A stretch of DNA of 64,000 nt from Acidobacteriota bacterium (GCA_039194425.1 JBCCVZ010000018.1:68164-132163); one strand, 5' to 3'; numbered from the stretch's first letter, positions 11,035-21,006 are shown. Numbers and translations are program-made. Notes: generated by a model not told the origin, from the letters alone.

Positions 11035-11895
11035 TCAGCCGTCGACCAGCTCTTCGGCTCGGCGACGCGCTTCCACCACGGCTTTGATCAGAGTCACCCG
11101 CAAGCCGCCCTCTTCCAGCTCGAGAATGCCGTCCATGGTGCAGCCGGCGGGCGTCGTCACTTCGTCCTTGAGCAGCGCCGGATGATCCCCCGTCTCGACC
11201 ACCATGTGGCCGGCGCCGAGGCACGCCTGCGCCGCCAGCTCGGTCGCCACCTTGCGCGGCAGGCCGACCTTCACCCCGCCTTCGGCCAGCGCCTCGATCA
11301 CCATGTAGATGAACGCCGGGCCACTCGCCGACAGGCCGGTGACGGCGTCGAAGTACTTCTCATCGAGCACGGTCGCCCGTCCGAGGCGCGCGAACAGCGC
11401 CTCGGCGGTCGCCAGGTGCTCGGCACGCGCCGCTCGACCTCCGCAGATCGCGGTCATGCCGTGACCGATGCGCGCCGGCGTGTTCGGCATCGCGCGCACC
11501 ACCGGCACTGTGGGCTGGGCCGTGAGGTCGGCCTCGATCCCGCGCGCCAGCGCCTGCTCGGTCTGCGTCGTGGTCAATCCGGCGATGATCGACACCAGAA
11601 CCTGGTCGGCCGTGAGCTCGGGCGCGATCTGCACCAACACCGCCGGCGCCACCTGCGGCTTCACGCACAGCAGAATCCACTCCGCCCCACGCACCGCGGC
11701 GCGGTTGTCGGTCGTTGTCGTGACGCCGTAGCGCTCGGCGACCAGCCGCAGCCGCGCCTCGTGCCGCGCCGTCGCCACCACATCCTCTGGCGCGACGATC
11801 CCAGCCGCGGTGAGCGCCCCGATGAGCGTCTCCCCCATCTTGCCGGCCCCGATCACCGCCAGTCTGCCGAGTTTCGGACTCTGGGTCTCGTCCAT
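11035..11895 (-). CDS. proC: pyrroline-5-carboxylate reductase
   Basis: Carries the Rossmann motif LAVIGAGKMGETL and the P5CR signature SASGPAFIYMVIEALAEGGVKVGLPR with a TTPAGCTMDGI C-terminus. Confidence 0.85.
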   Translation of the reverse strand: MDETQSPKLGRLAVIGAGKMGETLIGALTAAGIVAPEDVVATARHEARLRLVAERYGVTTTTDNRAAVRGAEWILLCVKPQVAPAVLVQIAPELTADQVLVSIIAGLTTTQTEQALARGIEADLTAQPTVPVVRAMPNTPARIGHGMTAICGGRAARAEHLATAEALFARLGRATVLDEKYFDAVTGLSASGPAFIYMVIEALAEGGVKVGLPRKVATELAAQACLGAGHMVVETGDHPALLKDEVTTPAGCTMDGILELEEGGLRVTLIKAVVEARRRAEELVDG

Positions 11896-11901
11896 CGTGT
11901 G

Positions 11902-12801
11902 TCACTCGCCGCGCAGCATGGCGCGCATCACGTGGCCGGCGAGCTTTGGGTTCTCGCGCAGGCGACGCACCGAGTAGTGGTACCAGTCGGTGCCGTAGGG
12001 AACGTAAACGCGCAGCGGGTGGCCTCCGGCGAGCAAAATGCGGCGCAGGGCCGGCTCGACGCCGAGGAGCATCTGGAACTCGTATTGGTCGCGCGGCACG
12101 TCGAGCTTGTCGACCAGCGCGACGGCGCCGCAGATCAGGTACTCGTCGTGCGTCGCGATGCCGACGTAGACGCCCTGGCGCAGCAGCTTCTCGAGCGCCG
12201 CCAGGAAGTTCAGCCGCACCACGTCGTAGCCCTGCCAGGCGACCTCGCGCGGCTCGATGTAGATGCCCTTGCACAGGCGCACGTTGGCGCCTTCGGCCGG
12301 CATTTCGGCGATGTCGCGCAGAGTGCGCCGCATGTAGGACTGGAACACCGGACCGACGTTGCCGTAGCGATCGTGCAGCCAGCGGAAGATGCGCAGCGTC
12401 GCGTCGATCGTCGTGTGGTCTTCCATGTCGAGGCGCACGAAAAGACCCTTTTCCTTTGCCGCCGCGACCACACCGTCGTACGTGTCGCGGCAAAAGGTCT
12501 CGTCGATCTCGAGCCCCATCTGCGTCGGCTTCACCGAGATGTTGCAGTCGAGGCCGTCGGCGACGATGCGTTCGAGGATCCGGTGGTACTCCGCCGCCGC
12601 CTTCTCCGCCGTGGCGCGCTCGGTGACCTCCTCGCCGAGCAGGTCGACGGTGGCGCTGGCACCGTCCTCGTTGAGCTCGCGGATCGCCTCGACGGCAGAG
12701 TCGAGAGTCTCGCCCGCGACGTAGCGGGCGGCCACCTTGCCGACCACGAATTTCGGAACCAGGGGCAGCCCGGTGACGACGGCGCGATCGAAGAGGGACA
12801 T
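11902..12801 (-). CDS. proline dehydrogenase (monofunctional PRODH)
   Basis: Internal start MSLFDRAVV at 12801. The PRODH TIM-barrel region includes VSVKPTQMGL, LDMEDHT and YVPYGTDWYHYSVRRLRENP. It lies 7 bp upstream of proC on the same strand. Confidence 0.8.
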   Translation of the reverse strand: MSLFDRAVVTGLPLVPKFVVGKVAARYVAGETLDSAVEAIRELNEDGASATVDLLGEEVTERATAEKAAAEYHRILERIVADGLDCNISVKPTQMGLEIDETFCRDTYDGVVAAAKEKGLFVRLDMEDHTTIDATLRIFRWLHDRYGNVGPVFQSYMRRTLRDIAEMPAEGANVRLCKGIYIEPREVAWQGYDVVRLNFLAALEKLLRQGVYVGIATHDEYLICGAVALVDKLDVPRDQYEFQMLLGVEPALRRILLAGGHPLRVYVPYGTDWYHYSVRRLRENPKLAGHVMRAMLRGE

Positions 12802-12821
12802 GCGGCGGTGGCTCTCCGCGA

Positions 12822-14186
12822 TCAGGCGCCGGCGGCGGCCGGTGTCGTGAGGGTCGACGCGTCGTCGGCGACGGGCTCGTCGCGCACCCAGCGCACCGAT
12901 TTCGAACACGGACAGCTGCCGGCCACGCGCCGCAGCTGCGGCATGCGGCGCGCCGCGTCGTCGGCCTCGAGCTCGCCATCGGCCACCTGGCGTAGCGTCT
13001 TGGCGTAGTCGAGGAAGTCGCGGTTGGCGAGGTACGACTCGGGCAGCGTACGGCGCAGGTGCGCCATGTACGCCTGATACGGATCGTCCTCGGTGTCGAA
13101 GCTCTCGCCAGCGACGCCGACCAGGCGGAACGCGGGCACGCCGCGGCGCCGGAAGTAGTCGGCATGCGGCATGGTCAGCAGGTCGTCGGCGTCGATGCCG
13201 CGCTTCTTGCCGCCGTCGCGCTTCAGCCGATCGACCAGATCGCGCGCCTCACCGATCGACAGCGACTCGTCCTTGGCGCGGACGTAGCGCATGTTCAGGT
13301 CGTTGACCAGCTTCGCCACCTCGTCGAAGTACTGCGACTGCGCCTCGGCGTTCTTCATCGGCTTCAGACCCATGCGCACGTTGGAGCCACCGCCACGCTC
13401 GTCGCCGAACATCTCGAGGCCGCGCGGAAGCCACTTGTTGATCGCCTTCTGCAGCATGTCCATGGTGACGTAGATCTCGCCCTGGGCGGCCTGGGTCACC
13501 CAGCGGCGCATCGGCACCACGCCGGTCGCCAGGTGGAAAGCTTCCTCGCGCAGCATCTGTGGCATCGACTCGGCCATCGGCTTGTAGGCCGAAATGCGCT
13601 GCATCGCCAGCTGGTACTTGCCGACGCGGTCGATCAAGGCACAGAAGACGACGTTGTCGACGAACGAGTCGAAGTCGATGTTGAAGGCACCGAGCACGTG
13701 CGACCCGGTCTGCATCGACAGGATCTCTTCGACCATGTCGGCGCTCGACTGCTGAGTCTGGCACGACCAATCATCGTCGACCAGCAGATGCAGCATCTGG
13801 TAGCCGTGACGCAGCTCTTCGGCCATCATGCGCAGCACCCAGACCTGCTCTTCCTCGTTCTGCGCGCGGGCGAGCGTCAGACGGTGCTGCTGGATCGAGC
13901 CGAACTCGGTCGACGCCTGGGCGCGAATCGCGCCGAGCAGGTAGTGCGCCTGGTCGTCGTCGAGCTCGGCCGGCATCGTCGCCTTCGCCTCACCCTGGCG
14001 GGCGCCGCATTCGATCTGGTCGCACACGCCCTTCTCGCGGTAGGCGCAGAGCTTGAACATCGGCTCCTTGGGAAAATGCTTCTCCCAGGCCTCGAGCAGA
14101 AAGCCGTAGTCGGGCAAGAACGTGTCGCGCCAGTCTTCAACGGCTTGGTGGTATTTCTTCGGCAGGTGAGTTTCGCGAACTGCCAT
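12822..14186 (-). CDS. ferritin-like di-iron oxygenase, benzoyl-CoA oxygenase component B (BoxB) family
   Basis: 454 aa. Candidate di-iron ligands E94 (STEFGS), E125/H128 (AEELRHG), D187 (ALIDR), E216/H219 (REEAFH) show E-30-ExxH-59-D-29-ExxH spacing. This matches the BoxB ligand spacing as I recall it (Glu120/Glu150/His153/Asp211/Glu240/His243), and the length fits BoxB at about 470 aa. Confidence 0.55.
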   Translation of the reverse strand: MAVRETHLPKKYHQAVEDWRDTFLPDYGFLLEAWEKHFPKEPMFKLCAYREKGVCDQIECGARQGEAKATMPAELDDDQAHYLLGAIRAQASTEFGSIQQHRLTLARAQNEEEQVWVLRMMAEELRHGYQMLHLLVDDDWSCQTQQSSADMVEEILSMQTGSHVLGAFNIDFDSFVDNVVFCALIDRVGKYQLAMQRISAYKPMAESMPQMLREEAFHLATGVVPMRRWVTQAAQGEIYVTMDMLQKAINKWLPRGLEMFGDERGGGSNVRMGLKPMKNAEAQSQYFDEVAKLVNDLNMRYVRAKDESLSIGEARDLVDRLKRDGGKKRGIDADDLLTMPHADYFRRRGVPAFRLVGVAGESFDTEDDPYQAYMAHLRRTLPESYLANRDFLDYAKTLRQVADGELEADDAARRMPQLRRVAGSCPCSKSVRWVRDEPVADDASTLTTPAAAGA

Positions 14187-14278
14187 GCGGGGTCTCCTTC
14201 AAGTCGATCGGCCCCAGGGAGCGCGAGAGGTCCGTCTTCGGGAAAGGGAGTTGGGGGAGGGAAAGAAGGGAGACGCGG

Positions 14279-14761
14279 TCAGAGGCTCAGAGCGTACGGG
14301 CGCAGCGTCGACGGCTCGAAGCCGAGCGAGCCGAAGAAGCTCGCGATGCCGGCCATGTCTTCATCGACCAGAGTGCGCACCGTCGTCGCCCCGGAGGCGC
14401 GGAAGTGGGCGAGGATCGCCTCGGCCAGACGACGGCCGACGGCGCGCCCGCGGAATTCGGGGTCGACGCCCAACACCTCGATCCAGCCGGTCGGCTCTTC
14501 GAGGCCGAACTCGCCAGAGCGAACCTCGCCGAGCATGAAACCGACCACCTGGCCATCGACAACCGCGACCTGGGCCGCCTCTGGGTCGCGCCGCAGGTAG
14601 TAGCCACAGCGTGTCTCCCAGATGTCGGGACGGTACTGACCGGTGATCTGCTCGTCGATCCGCACCACGTCACCGATGTCGACGGTGTCGAGCTGGCGAA
14701 TCGTCACGCCAGTCGGTTCTGCGGACGCATGGTCTTGGGACGATCGATTGTCGGAGCTCAT
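14279..14761 (-). CDS. GNAT-family N-acetyltransferase
   Basis: The acetyl-CoA binding region reads VVGFMLGE...IEVLGVDPEFRGRAVGRRLAEAI (Q/RxxGxG/A-like). The start is probably the internal Met MSSDN at 14761. Confidence 0.7.
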   Translation of the reverse strand: MSSDNRSSQDHASAEPTGVTIRQLDTVDIGDVVRIDEQITGQYRPDIWETRCGYYLRRDPEAAQVAVVDGQVVGFMLGEVRSGEFGLEEPTGWIEVLGVDPEFRGRAVGRRLAEAILAHFRASGATTVRTLVDEDMAGIASFFGSLGFEPSTLRPYALSL

Positions 14762-14870
14762 TGCACGATGATATCGCCGCGGCCCCGCCGAGGCCAGCAC
14801 CAACGGGCGGGCGAGGCCGCGGCCTCACCTACCTCTTCGCGTCGGCGGCGTCGACGGATTGGGCCCGCCC

Positions 14871-15860
14871 TCAGACCGCGATTCCGGACGGCGCCCGCTC
14901 GCTCTCGAGCCGTCCGCCGGCGCGCAGCTCGTGGCCGACGTGCTCGTGCGCATGGTACGACGAGCGCACCAACGGCCCCGACTCGCAGTGCGCGAAGCCG
15001 AGCTCCAGCGCGAAGCGCTTGAACTCCGCAAACTCCTCGGGCGTGACGAAGCGGTCGACCGGCAGGTGCTGCGCCGTCGGCTGGAGGTACTGGCCGAGGG
15101 TGACGACGTCGACCCCCGCCCCGCGGATGTCGCGCAGCGTCTCGTGCACCTCGTCGGGCGTCTCACTGAGACCGACCATGATGCCGGTCTTCACCCGTCC
15201 GGCGTACTCGCCCGCATCGCGTCGGCGCGACGCCTCGGCGAGCAGCTCCAGGCTGCGCTCGTAGCGGCTGCCGGGGCGCGCCTTGCGGTACATCCGCGGC
15301 ACCGTCTCCATGTTGTGACTGAAGATCTCGGGCCGCGCGCCGAGCACGATGTCGAGCGCGTCGGGCACGGCGCGGAAATCGGGCGTCAGCACTTCGACCG
15401 CGGTCTGCGGGCAGCGCGCATGCACCGCCTCGATCACCTCCGCCCAATGGCGCGCGCCGCCGTCGGGCAGGTCGTCGCGATCGACTGAGGTGATCACCGC
15501 GTGGCGCAGTCCCATCACCTCGACCGCCTCGGCGACATGTGCCGGCTCGTCGGGATCGGGCCCGGCGGGCGGACGCCCCGAGGTCACCGCGCAGAAGCCA
15601 CAGCGGCGGGTGCAGACGTCACCGAGGATCATCAGCGTCGCCGTGCCGTGCTCACCCCAGCACTCGTAGATGTTCGGGCAGCGCGCCTCGGCGCAGACGG
15701 TATTGAGATTCAGGCGTTCGACCAGGTCCTTGACCTGGCGATAGCGCTCCGGCGTGGCGATGCGGATGCGCAGCCAGTCCGGGCGCCGGGAACGGGAACG
15801 GGCCGCCGCGTCGCTGGTCGGCTTGTTGCGGTGGGCCCCGAGTTGGACGAGTTTGCTCAT
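14871..15860 (-). CDS. lipA: lipoyl synthase
   Basis: Two cysteine clusters are present: CEARCPNIYEC (auxiliary cluster) and CTRRCGFCAV (radical SAM CxxxCxxC). The C-terminal SSY motif is also there. Confidence 0.9.
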   Translation of the reverse strand: MSKLVQLGAHRNKPTSDAAARSRSRRPDWLRIRIATPERYRQVKDLVERLNLNTVCAEARCPNIYECWGEHGTATLMILGDVCTRRCGFCAVTSGRPPAGPDPDEPAHVAEAVEVMGLRHAVITSVDRDDLPDGGARHWAEVIEAVHARCPQTAVEVLTPDFRAVPDALDIVLGARPEIFSHNMETVPRMYRKARPGSRYERSLELLAEASRRRDAGEYAGRVKTGIMVGLSETPDEVHETLRDIRGAGVDVVTLGQYLQPTAQHLPVDRFVTPEEFAEFKRFALELGFAHCESGPLVRSSYHAHEHVGHELRAGGRLESERAPSGIAV

Positions 15861-15983
15861 GACCCGCCCAGTCTATCGAAGCCGCGCGGTCGACCGCAGA
15901 CGGCTCCACATTGCACGCCCCCACGCGGCATGGCAGCATGCGCCGATGGCACGCAGCACCGCAACGACCGAGAGATCCCGCGC

Positions 15984-16763
15984 ATGAACGACCGCACCTC
16001 GGAGCTCCTGGCGAGCAAGCAGAAGGCACACTACGAAGCGATCCACGACGACTACGAGGCGCACTACTACGACGCCACGTCGGCCGAGTATCGTCGTCGC
16101 TTCATCCACGATCCGCTCTTCGAGGGACTCGATCTCAACGGCAAGACGGTCGCCGACCTGGCCAGCGGCAGCGGTCTCAACTCGGTGCTGCTGCGCGAGC
16201 GTTTTCCGGGTGCCGAAGTCGTCGGCTTCGACATCTCGGAGCCCGCCTGCGAGGCCTACCGCCAGCGCACCGGCAGCACGTCGTACGAGCTCGACCTGAT
16301 GGCCGGAAGCGACCCGGGCGTGCGCGTCGACGCCGCGATGGTGATCGGCGGCCTGCACCACTGCGTCAGCAATCTCAAGGGCACCTTCCGCACCATCGCC
16401 AACCTGCTCGAGCCGGGCGGCCTGCTGCTGATGATGGAGCCGAACAAGAAGTACCTGCTCGAAGCGCCGCGCAACTTCTGGTACTCCCAGGATCCCTACT
16501 TCGAGGCCGACACCGAGGCGGCGCTGTCGCACGAAGAGATCGCCGGTCTCGCCGCCGGCTGGTTTCGGCCGCGCCGCGTGCGCCATCTCGGCGGCCCGGC
16601 CTACTTCCTCATCTTCAACAGCCTGATCTTCCGCGTGCCGATCGCGCTCAAGCCGGTGATCGCGCCGGCCCTCTTCCTCAGCGAGAGTCTCTGCAACCTG
16701 CTGCCGGGCCGCTTCCTCTTCCCCTACTTCATCGCCGTCTGGGAACGCACCGACGAGCCGTAG
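15984..16763 (+). CDS. class I SAM-dependent methyltransferase
   Basis: Internal ATG at 15984 (MNDRTSELL). SAM motif I is VADLASGSGLNSV and the post-I acidic residue is in VVGFDISE. The track's upstream extension is antisense to lipA. Confidence 0.7.
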   Translation: MNDRTSELLASKQKAHYEAIHDDYEAHYYDATSAEYRRRFIHDPLFEGLDLNGKTVADLASGSGLNSVLLRERFPGAEVVGFDISEPACEAYRQRTGSTSYELDLMAGSDPGVRVDAAMVIGGLHHCVSNLKGTFRTIANLLEPGGLLLMMEPNKKYLLEAPRNFWYSQDPYFEADTEAALSHEEIAGLAAGWFRPRRVRHLGGPAYFLIFNSLIFRVPIALKPVIAPALFLSESLCNLLPGRFLFPYFIAVWERTDEP

Positions 16764-16785
16764 GCGAGGGCGTCGCCGGCGCCGG

Positions 16786-19269
16786 CTACTCCCGCAGCGC
16801 CTCGGACGGATCGACGCGGGCGGCGCGAAGACCGGGAATCGCGCAGGCCAGGAACGCGGCGACCGCGAGCGTGAAGACGGCGGTCGAGAGCACCAGTGGA
16901 TCGAGCGCACCGACACCGTAGAGCTGGCCGGCGAGCGCGTTGCGCAGCGCCACGGCCCCGCCCAGGCCGATGCCGAGACCGAACAGCACGATGACGAAGC
17001 CCTCGCGCAGAATCAGCCGGAAGAGGCCGCGCGTGGTGGAGCCGAGCGCCATGCGGATGCCGAGCTCGCGGCTGCGGCGCGCCACTAGGTACGCCAGGAC
17101 TCCGTAGATGCCGATCGACGCCAGCAGGAGGGCCACTACGCCAAATCCGACGGCGAGAATCATCGGAGTGCGCCGTGACACCAGCGAACGATCGAGCCGC
17201 TGGCGCAGTGTCGCCTGATCGAAGACCGGCAGCTCCGGGTCGACCGCCGCGACCTCACGACGCACCGACTCGCCGAGGCTCAGCGGATCGAGCCCGGTCT
17301 CCACGGCGAACGCCAGGCTCCTGCGCGGGAACTGTGCGTACGGGAAGTAGACGACTCCGACCGCGTCGCCCTCGGTCTCGCTCAGCTGGCGCAGGCGCGT
17401 GTCGCCGACCACGCCCACCACCGTGATCCACTCGGGATCCGGCCCGGGGTCGAGCAGGTTCTCGGTGCTCTGTGGCCGGAACAGCCGACGCCCGAGCACC
17501 GACTGCGGCGATGTCACCGCCTCCTCGCCCCAGAACCGGCGCGCCAGGCGCGGGTCGACGAGGGCGACTCGCGTCGCCTCCCCAGTATCGGCGTCGGTGA
17601 ACGCGCGGCCGGCGAGTAGCTCGATGTCGAGCGCCTCGAGATAGCCCGCCGACGCCGAGACATGCGTCGGCGCAAAGAGCGACTCGCCAGGCGCCGGCTG
17701 CCAGCCCTCGGCGACGATCACGCTCGAGTCGAAGGCACCGCTCATCGGCGTGCCGTAGGCCAGGCCGGCGGCGTCGACCCCGGGCAGCGCGCGCAGTCGC
17801 TCGACCGTGCGCTGGGCGAAGTGCGCCAGGTCCTCGGCCTCCTCGTAGCGCGCCGGCGGCAGCGCCACGCTCGCCAGCAGCACGTCGTCGGCGTGGTAGC
17901 CAGGGTCGACCGCGACGAGGCGCTGGAAGCTGGCCAGCAGCAATCCGGCGCCGGCGATCAGCACGAAGGCGAAGGCGACCTGGGCCGCTACCAGCCCCTG
18001 GCGCAGGCGGCGCGCGCCGCGCGAGGCGGTGCCCGAGCGCCCCTCTTCGCGCAGCACCGCCGCCATGTTGGCGCGCAGCACCGAGAGCACCGGCACCACC
18101 GCCAACACCAGGCCAATTCCCGCGGCGAGCACGAAGGTCACCGCGATCACTCCGCCGTCGAGCGCGATCTCGGAGCCGCGCGGCATCTGGTCCATGCCCA
18201 GGCGACCGAGCGCGAGCAGGCCGAGCCGTCCGCAGACGATGCCGAGCACTCCGCCGAGCGCCGCCAGCGCCAGGCTCTCGATCGCCAGCTGGCGCACCAG
18301 GCCGGCGCCGCCGGCGCCGAGCGTGTAGCGAGTCACCAGATCCTTGAGCCGCACCGAGGTGCGTGCCAGCGACAGGTTGGTCAGGTTGACGACCGCGATC
18401 AGCAGGACCGCCAACACGCCTCCCCACAGCAGGTAGAGCGTCGAGTCGATGTCGCCCAGCACCACGTCGCGCAGCGGCCGAACGGCGGCGCCGAAGCCGA
18501 CATCCTCCATCATCTGCCGCATGCCACCGGCGTTCTCGTACTCCACGCGCACCTGCGCGTCGATCTGCTGCTGCGCCAGCTCGCGCGTCGCACCTGGCGC
18601 CAGGCGCGCGATCATCATCCAATTGTTCGAGTGCCGGCGATCGAAGGCGCGGTCCTCGGCGTCGAAAGCCACAGGCGTGTAAAGACGCACGTCCGGCTCG
18701 TAGAGCATGTGCCCGGGCGGCAAGATTCCGATCACCTCGTGCGGCACGTCGTCGACGCGCAGCATCGAGCCGATCGCGTCGGGAGCGCCGCCCAGCGTGT
18801 CGCGCCAGGCCTCGTGCGTGAGCACCACGACCCGGTTCGCTCCGACCTCACCGTCCTCGGCGCGGAAGGTGCGCCCCGTGGCCGCCTCGGTGCGCACCAT
18901 GTCGAAGTAGTCGACGGTGACGGTGTAGCGCTGCATCTGCTGCGCCCGACCGCCCTCCCCCACCGCCGCCGCGTCGGTGCGCGCCAGCGCCGCCACCCCG
19001 AGCGCGTCGATCTCCTGGCGCTCGTAGAAGTGCGGCACCGACGAGCCCGCGTACGGCACACCGGCGCCCGGATACTGGTTCGAGACCGTCACTAGCCGCT
19101 CGGACTCCGGCACCGGCAGCGGCTTCCAGAGCACCGAGTCGACCACCGCCAACATCGCCGCGTTGGCGCCCAGGGCGATGGCGAGGGTGAGAATGCAGGT
19201 GAGGCCGAAGCCGCGGTCGTGCGCGAGGCGGCGCAGCGCGAGGCGGAGGTCGCGGACGATGAAGAGCAT
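16786..19269 (-). CDS. ABC transporter permease, duplicated FtsX / MacB-periplasmic-domain type (ADOP-like)
   Basis: 827 aa with two repeats, each a MacB-like periplasmic domain plus an FtsX 4-TM bundle. There is no Walker A motif and no adjacent ATPase gene. Confidence 0.75.
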   Translation of the reverse strand: MLFIVRDLRLALRRLAHDRGFGLTCILTLAIALGANAAMLAVVDSVLWKPLPVPESERLVTVSNQYPGAGVPYAGSSVPHFYERQEIDALGVAALARTDAAAVGEGGRAQQMQRYTVTVDYFDMVRTEAATGRTFRAEDGEVGANRVVVLTHEAWRDTLGGAPDAIGSMLRVDDVPHEVIGILPPGHMLYEPDVRLYTPVAFDAEDRAFDRRHSNNWMMIARLAPGATRELAQQQIDAQVRVEYENAGGMRQMMEDVGFGAAVRPLRDVVLGDIDSTLYLLWGGVLAVLLIAVVNLTNLSLARTSVRLKDLVTRYTLGAGGAGLVRQLAIESLALAALGGVLGIVCGRLGLLALGRLGMDQMPRGSEIALDGGVIAVTFVLAAGIGLVLAVVPVLSVLRANMAAVLREEGRSGTASRGARRLRQGLVAAQVAFAFVLIAGAGLLLASFQRLVAVDPGYHADDVLLASVALPPARYEEAEDLAHFAQRTVERLRALPGVDAAGLAYGTPMSGAFDSSVIVAEGWQPAPGESLFAPTHVSASAGYLEALDIELLAGRAFTDADTGEATRVALVDPRLARRFWGEEAVTSPQSVLGRRLFRPQSTENLLDPGPDPEWITVVGVVGDTRLRQLSETEGDAVGVVYFPYAQFPRRSLAFAVETGLDPLSLGESVRREVAAVDPELPVFDQATLRQRLDRSLVSRRTPMILAVGFGVVALLLASIGIYGVLAYLVARRSRELGIRMALGSTTRGLFRLILREGFVIVLFGLGIGLGGAVALRNALAGQLYGVGALDPLVLSTAVFTLAVAAFLACAIPGLRAARVDPSEALRE

Positions 19270-19372
19270 CGTGAAGGTCTCCAGAGGATCGTCAGGGGCT
19301 GTCCCGTTGGAGAGGCCTACGGCCGACTCTCCGGCTTGTTACACCCCCGCTCCGCCGCCACGCCGTGCGGTT

Positions 19373-20209
19373 TCAGCTCGCCGGCCGGCCGGCGAGCACT
19401 CCGCCGTCGACCGGCAGGACGGCGCCGGTAATCCAGGCGGCGTCCTGGCCAGCCAAGAACACGACGGCGCGCGCCACATCCTCGGGCTGACCGTTGCGGC
19501 CGAGCGGATGCAGGCCGTGGAAGCTCGGCAGGACCTCGGCCGCCTGCTCGGGGGTCAGGAAGGTCTCGTAGACGGGGGTCTCGACCACCGCGGGCGCCAC
19601 CGTGTTGACTCGGATGCCGGCGTCGGCGAGCTCGATCGCGAGGTTGCGGGTCAGAGCGTGCACGCCCGCCTTCGCCGCCGAGTACGCGCTCGACGGCGTG
19701 TCGCCGATCGCTTCCTCGGCCCACATGCTGCCGACGTTGACGATCGCTCCGCCCCCGCGCGCCCGAAGCGCCGGCGCGGCGGCCTGGGACGCGAAGAACG
19801 TCCCCTTGAGAATGATGCCGAGATAGTGCTCGACGTCGTCCTCCCCGTGCTCGAGGAAAGGCGTCGGTTTGAAGACACCGGCGTTGTTCACCAGCACATC
19901 GAGGCCGCCAAAGCGGTCGACCGCGGTCGCCACCAGCGCCTCGGCGGTCTCCCTGCGCGCGATGTCGCCGGCGACGACGGCGACTCTCTCTCCGCTCGGA
20001 TCCAGAGCGCGAGCGGTCTCCTCGAGCACCTCCAGGCGCCGGCCGTTGAGCACGACGCGCGCGCCTCCGGCGAGGAAGAGCTCGGCCGCCGCACGGCCGA
20101 TGCCGGTGCCGCCGCCGGTGATCGCGACGACCTGGTCGTCGCTCGCTGCGTTGTTGGCCGAGGGGCTGGACAAGCCTTCGGAAGCCTGGGTGATTTGGGA
20201 TTCGGTCAT
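19373..20209 (-). CDS. SDR-family oxidoreductase
   Basis: Carries TGGGTGIGRAAA (TGxxxGxG), NNAG and a catalytic Y-x3-K in SSAYSAAKAG. Confidence 0.85.
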   Translation of the reverse strand: MTESQITQASEGLSSPSANNAASDDQVVAITGGGTGIGRAAAELFLAGGARVVLNGRRLEVLEETARALDPSGERVAVVAGDIARRETAEALVATAVDRFGGLDVLVNNAGVFKPTPFLEHGEDDVEHYLGIILKGTFFASQAAAPALRARGGGAIVNVGSMWAEEAIGDTPSSAYSAAKAGVHALTRNLAIELADAGIRVNTVAPAVVETPVYETFLTPEQAAEVLPSFHGLHPLGRNGQPEDVARAVVFLAGQDAAWITGAVLPVDGGVLAGRPAS

Positions 20210-20250
20210 GTCGGAACCTCCTGGTTTGTTCGGGTCTGGGTGTATCGCAG

Positions 20251-20272
20251 ATCTATCTACTGATCGATAGAT
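20251..20272. promoter_or_regulatory. palindromic operator candidate (ATCTATC-N8-GATAGAT) upstream of the SDR gene
   Basis: Perfect 7-bp inverted repeat in the 134-bp gap between tetR (stop 20344) and the SDR start (20209). It shares the core TCTATCTAC with the site upstream of tetR. Confidence 0.45.
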
Positions 20273-20343
20273 TCTCGGAGCGTGGAAAGCACCGAAGCTC
20301 AGTCAGGCTCCGTGCTCGGCTGAACGATTCGATCTCGGACGGT

Positions 20344-20934
20344 TCAGGCGGCGGACTGGACAAGCGCCAGCCAGGACTCCGCGGTGCGCCGCAGGCGCCC
20401 TGGATCGGAGAACGCCCGCGCCGCCAACATCGCGCCCTCGAGCGCGGTGAAGAACGCGCCCGCGGCCTCGGCCGGCGCGCCCTCGAACGCCAGCTCACCG
20501 CGCGCGCGGCCGTCCGCCAGCACGCGAGTGAGCCAGCGCTCGTTGTCTTCGAAGTAGCCGAGCACCTCGCGCTGGATCGACTCGGGCAGCGTGTTGTAGT
20601 CGGCCGCGAAGCTTCCGCAAAGGCAGAGGCGCCCCCCGTCCTCGAAGGTGCGGACGAAGATGTCGGCGAAGCGCCGGAGCGTCTCGATCGCCCCGAGCTC
20701 CTCGCGATCGAGAGCCGCCGTCGCCTCGGCCGTTTGCTCCCGATACCCGGCCATCAGCTCACGCCCGAGATCGGCCTTCGACGGAAAGTAGTAGTGAATC
20801 GTCGCAGTCTTGATGCCCAGTCGCTCGGCCAGGTGCCGGTAGCTGAAGGCGTGGTAGCCGACCGTCTGGCACAGCTCGGCACCGACATCGAGGAGCTTCT
20901 GGTGGGTCGCGTTTGGCGTTCTCGTGCTCGGCAT
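20344..20934 (-). CDS. TetR/AcrR-family transcriptional regulator
   Basis: The N-terminal HTH reads GYHAFSYRHLAERLGIKTATIHYYFPSKADL, the typical TetR signature. Confidence 0.85.
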   Translation of the reverse strand: MPSTRTPNATHQKLLDVGAELCQTVGYHAFSYRHLAERLGIKTATIHYYFPSKADLGRELMAGYREQTAEATAALDREELGAIETLRRFADIFVRTFEDGGRLCLCGSFAADYNTLPESIQREVLGYFEDNERWLTRVLADGRARGELAFEGAPAEAAGAFFTALEGAMLAARAFSDPGRLRRTAESWLALVQSAA

Positions 20935-20943
20935 GGATTGATT

Positions 20944-20963
20944 CTATCTACCCATAGATAGAG
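20944..20963. promoter_or_regulatory. palindromic operator candidate (TCTATCTA-N4-TAGATAGA) upstream of tetR (autoregulation site)
   Basis: Perfect 8-bp inverted repeat 10 bp upstream of the tetR start codon. It has the same half-site as the 20251-20272 site. Confidence 0.45.
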
Positions 20964-21006
20964 AAAGCAAGAGTAGCCACTCGATCGAGAAACAGGTGAC
21001 GACCTG

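Noticed and set aside
10876-13008. 710-aa ORF on the + strand spanning proC and the proline dehydrogenase gene
   Set aside because: It is antisense to two well-supported genes. Its composition is Arg/Ala/Gly/His-rich low complexity typical of spurious ORFs in high-GC DNA, and it has no recognisable motifs.
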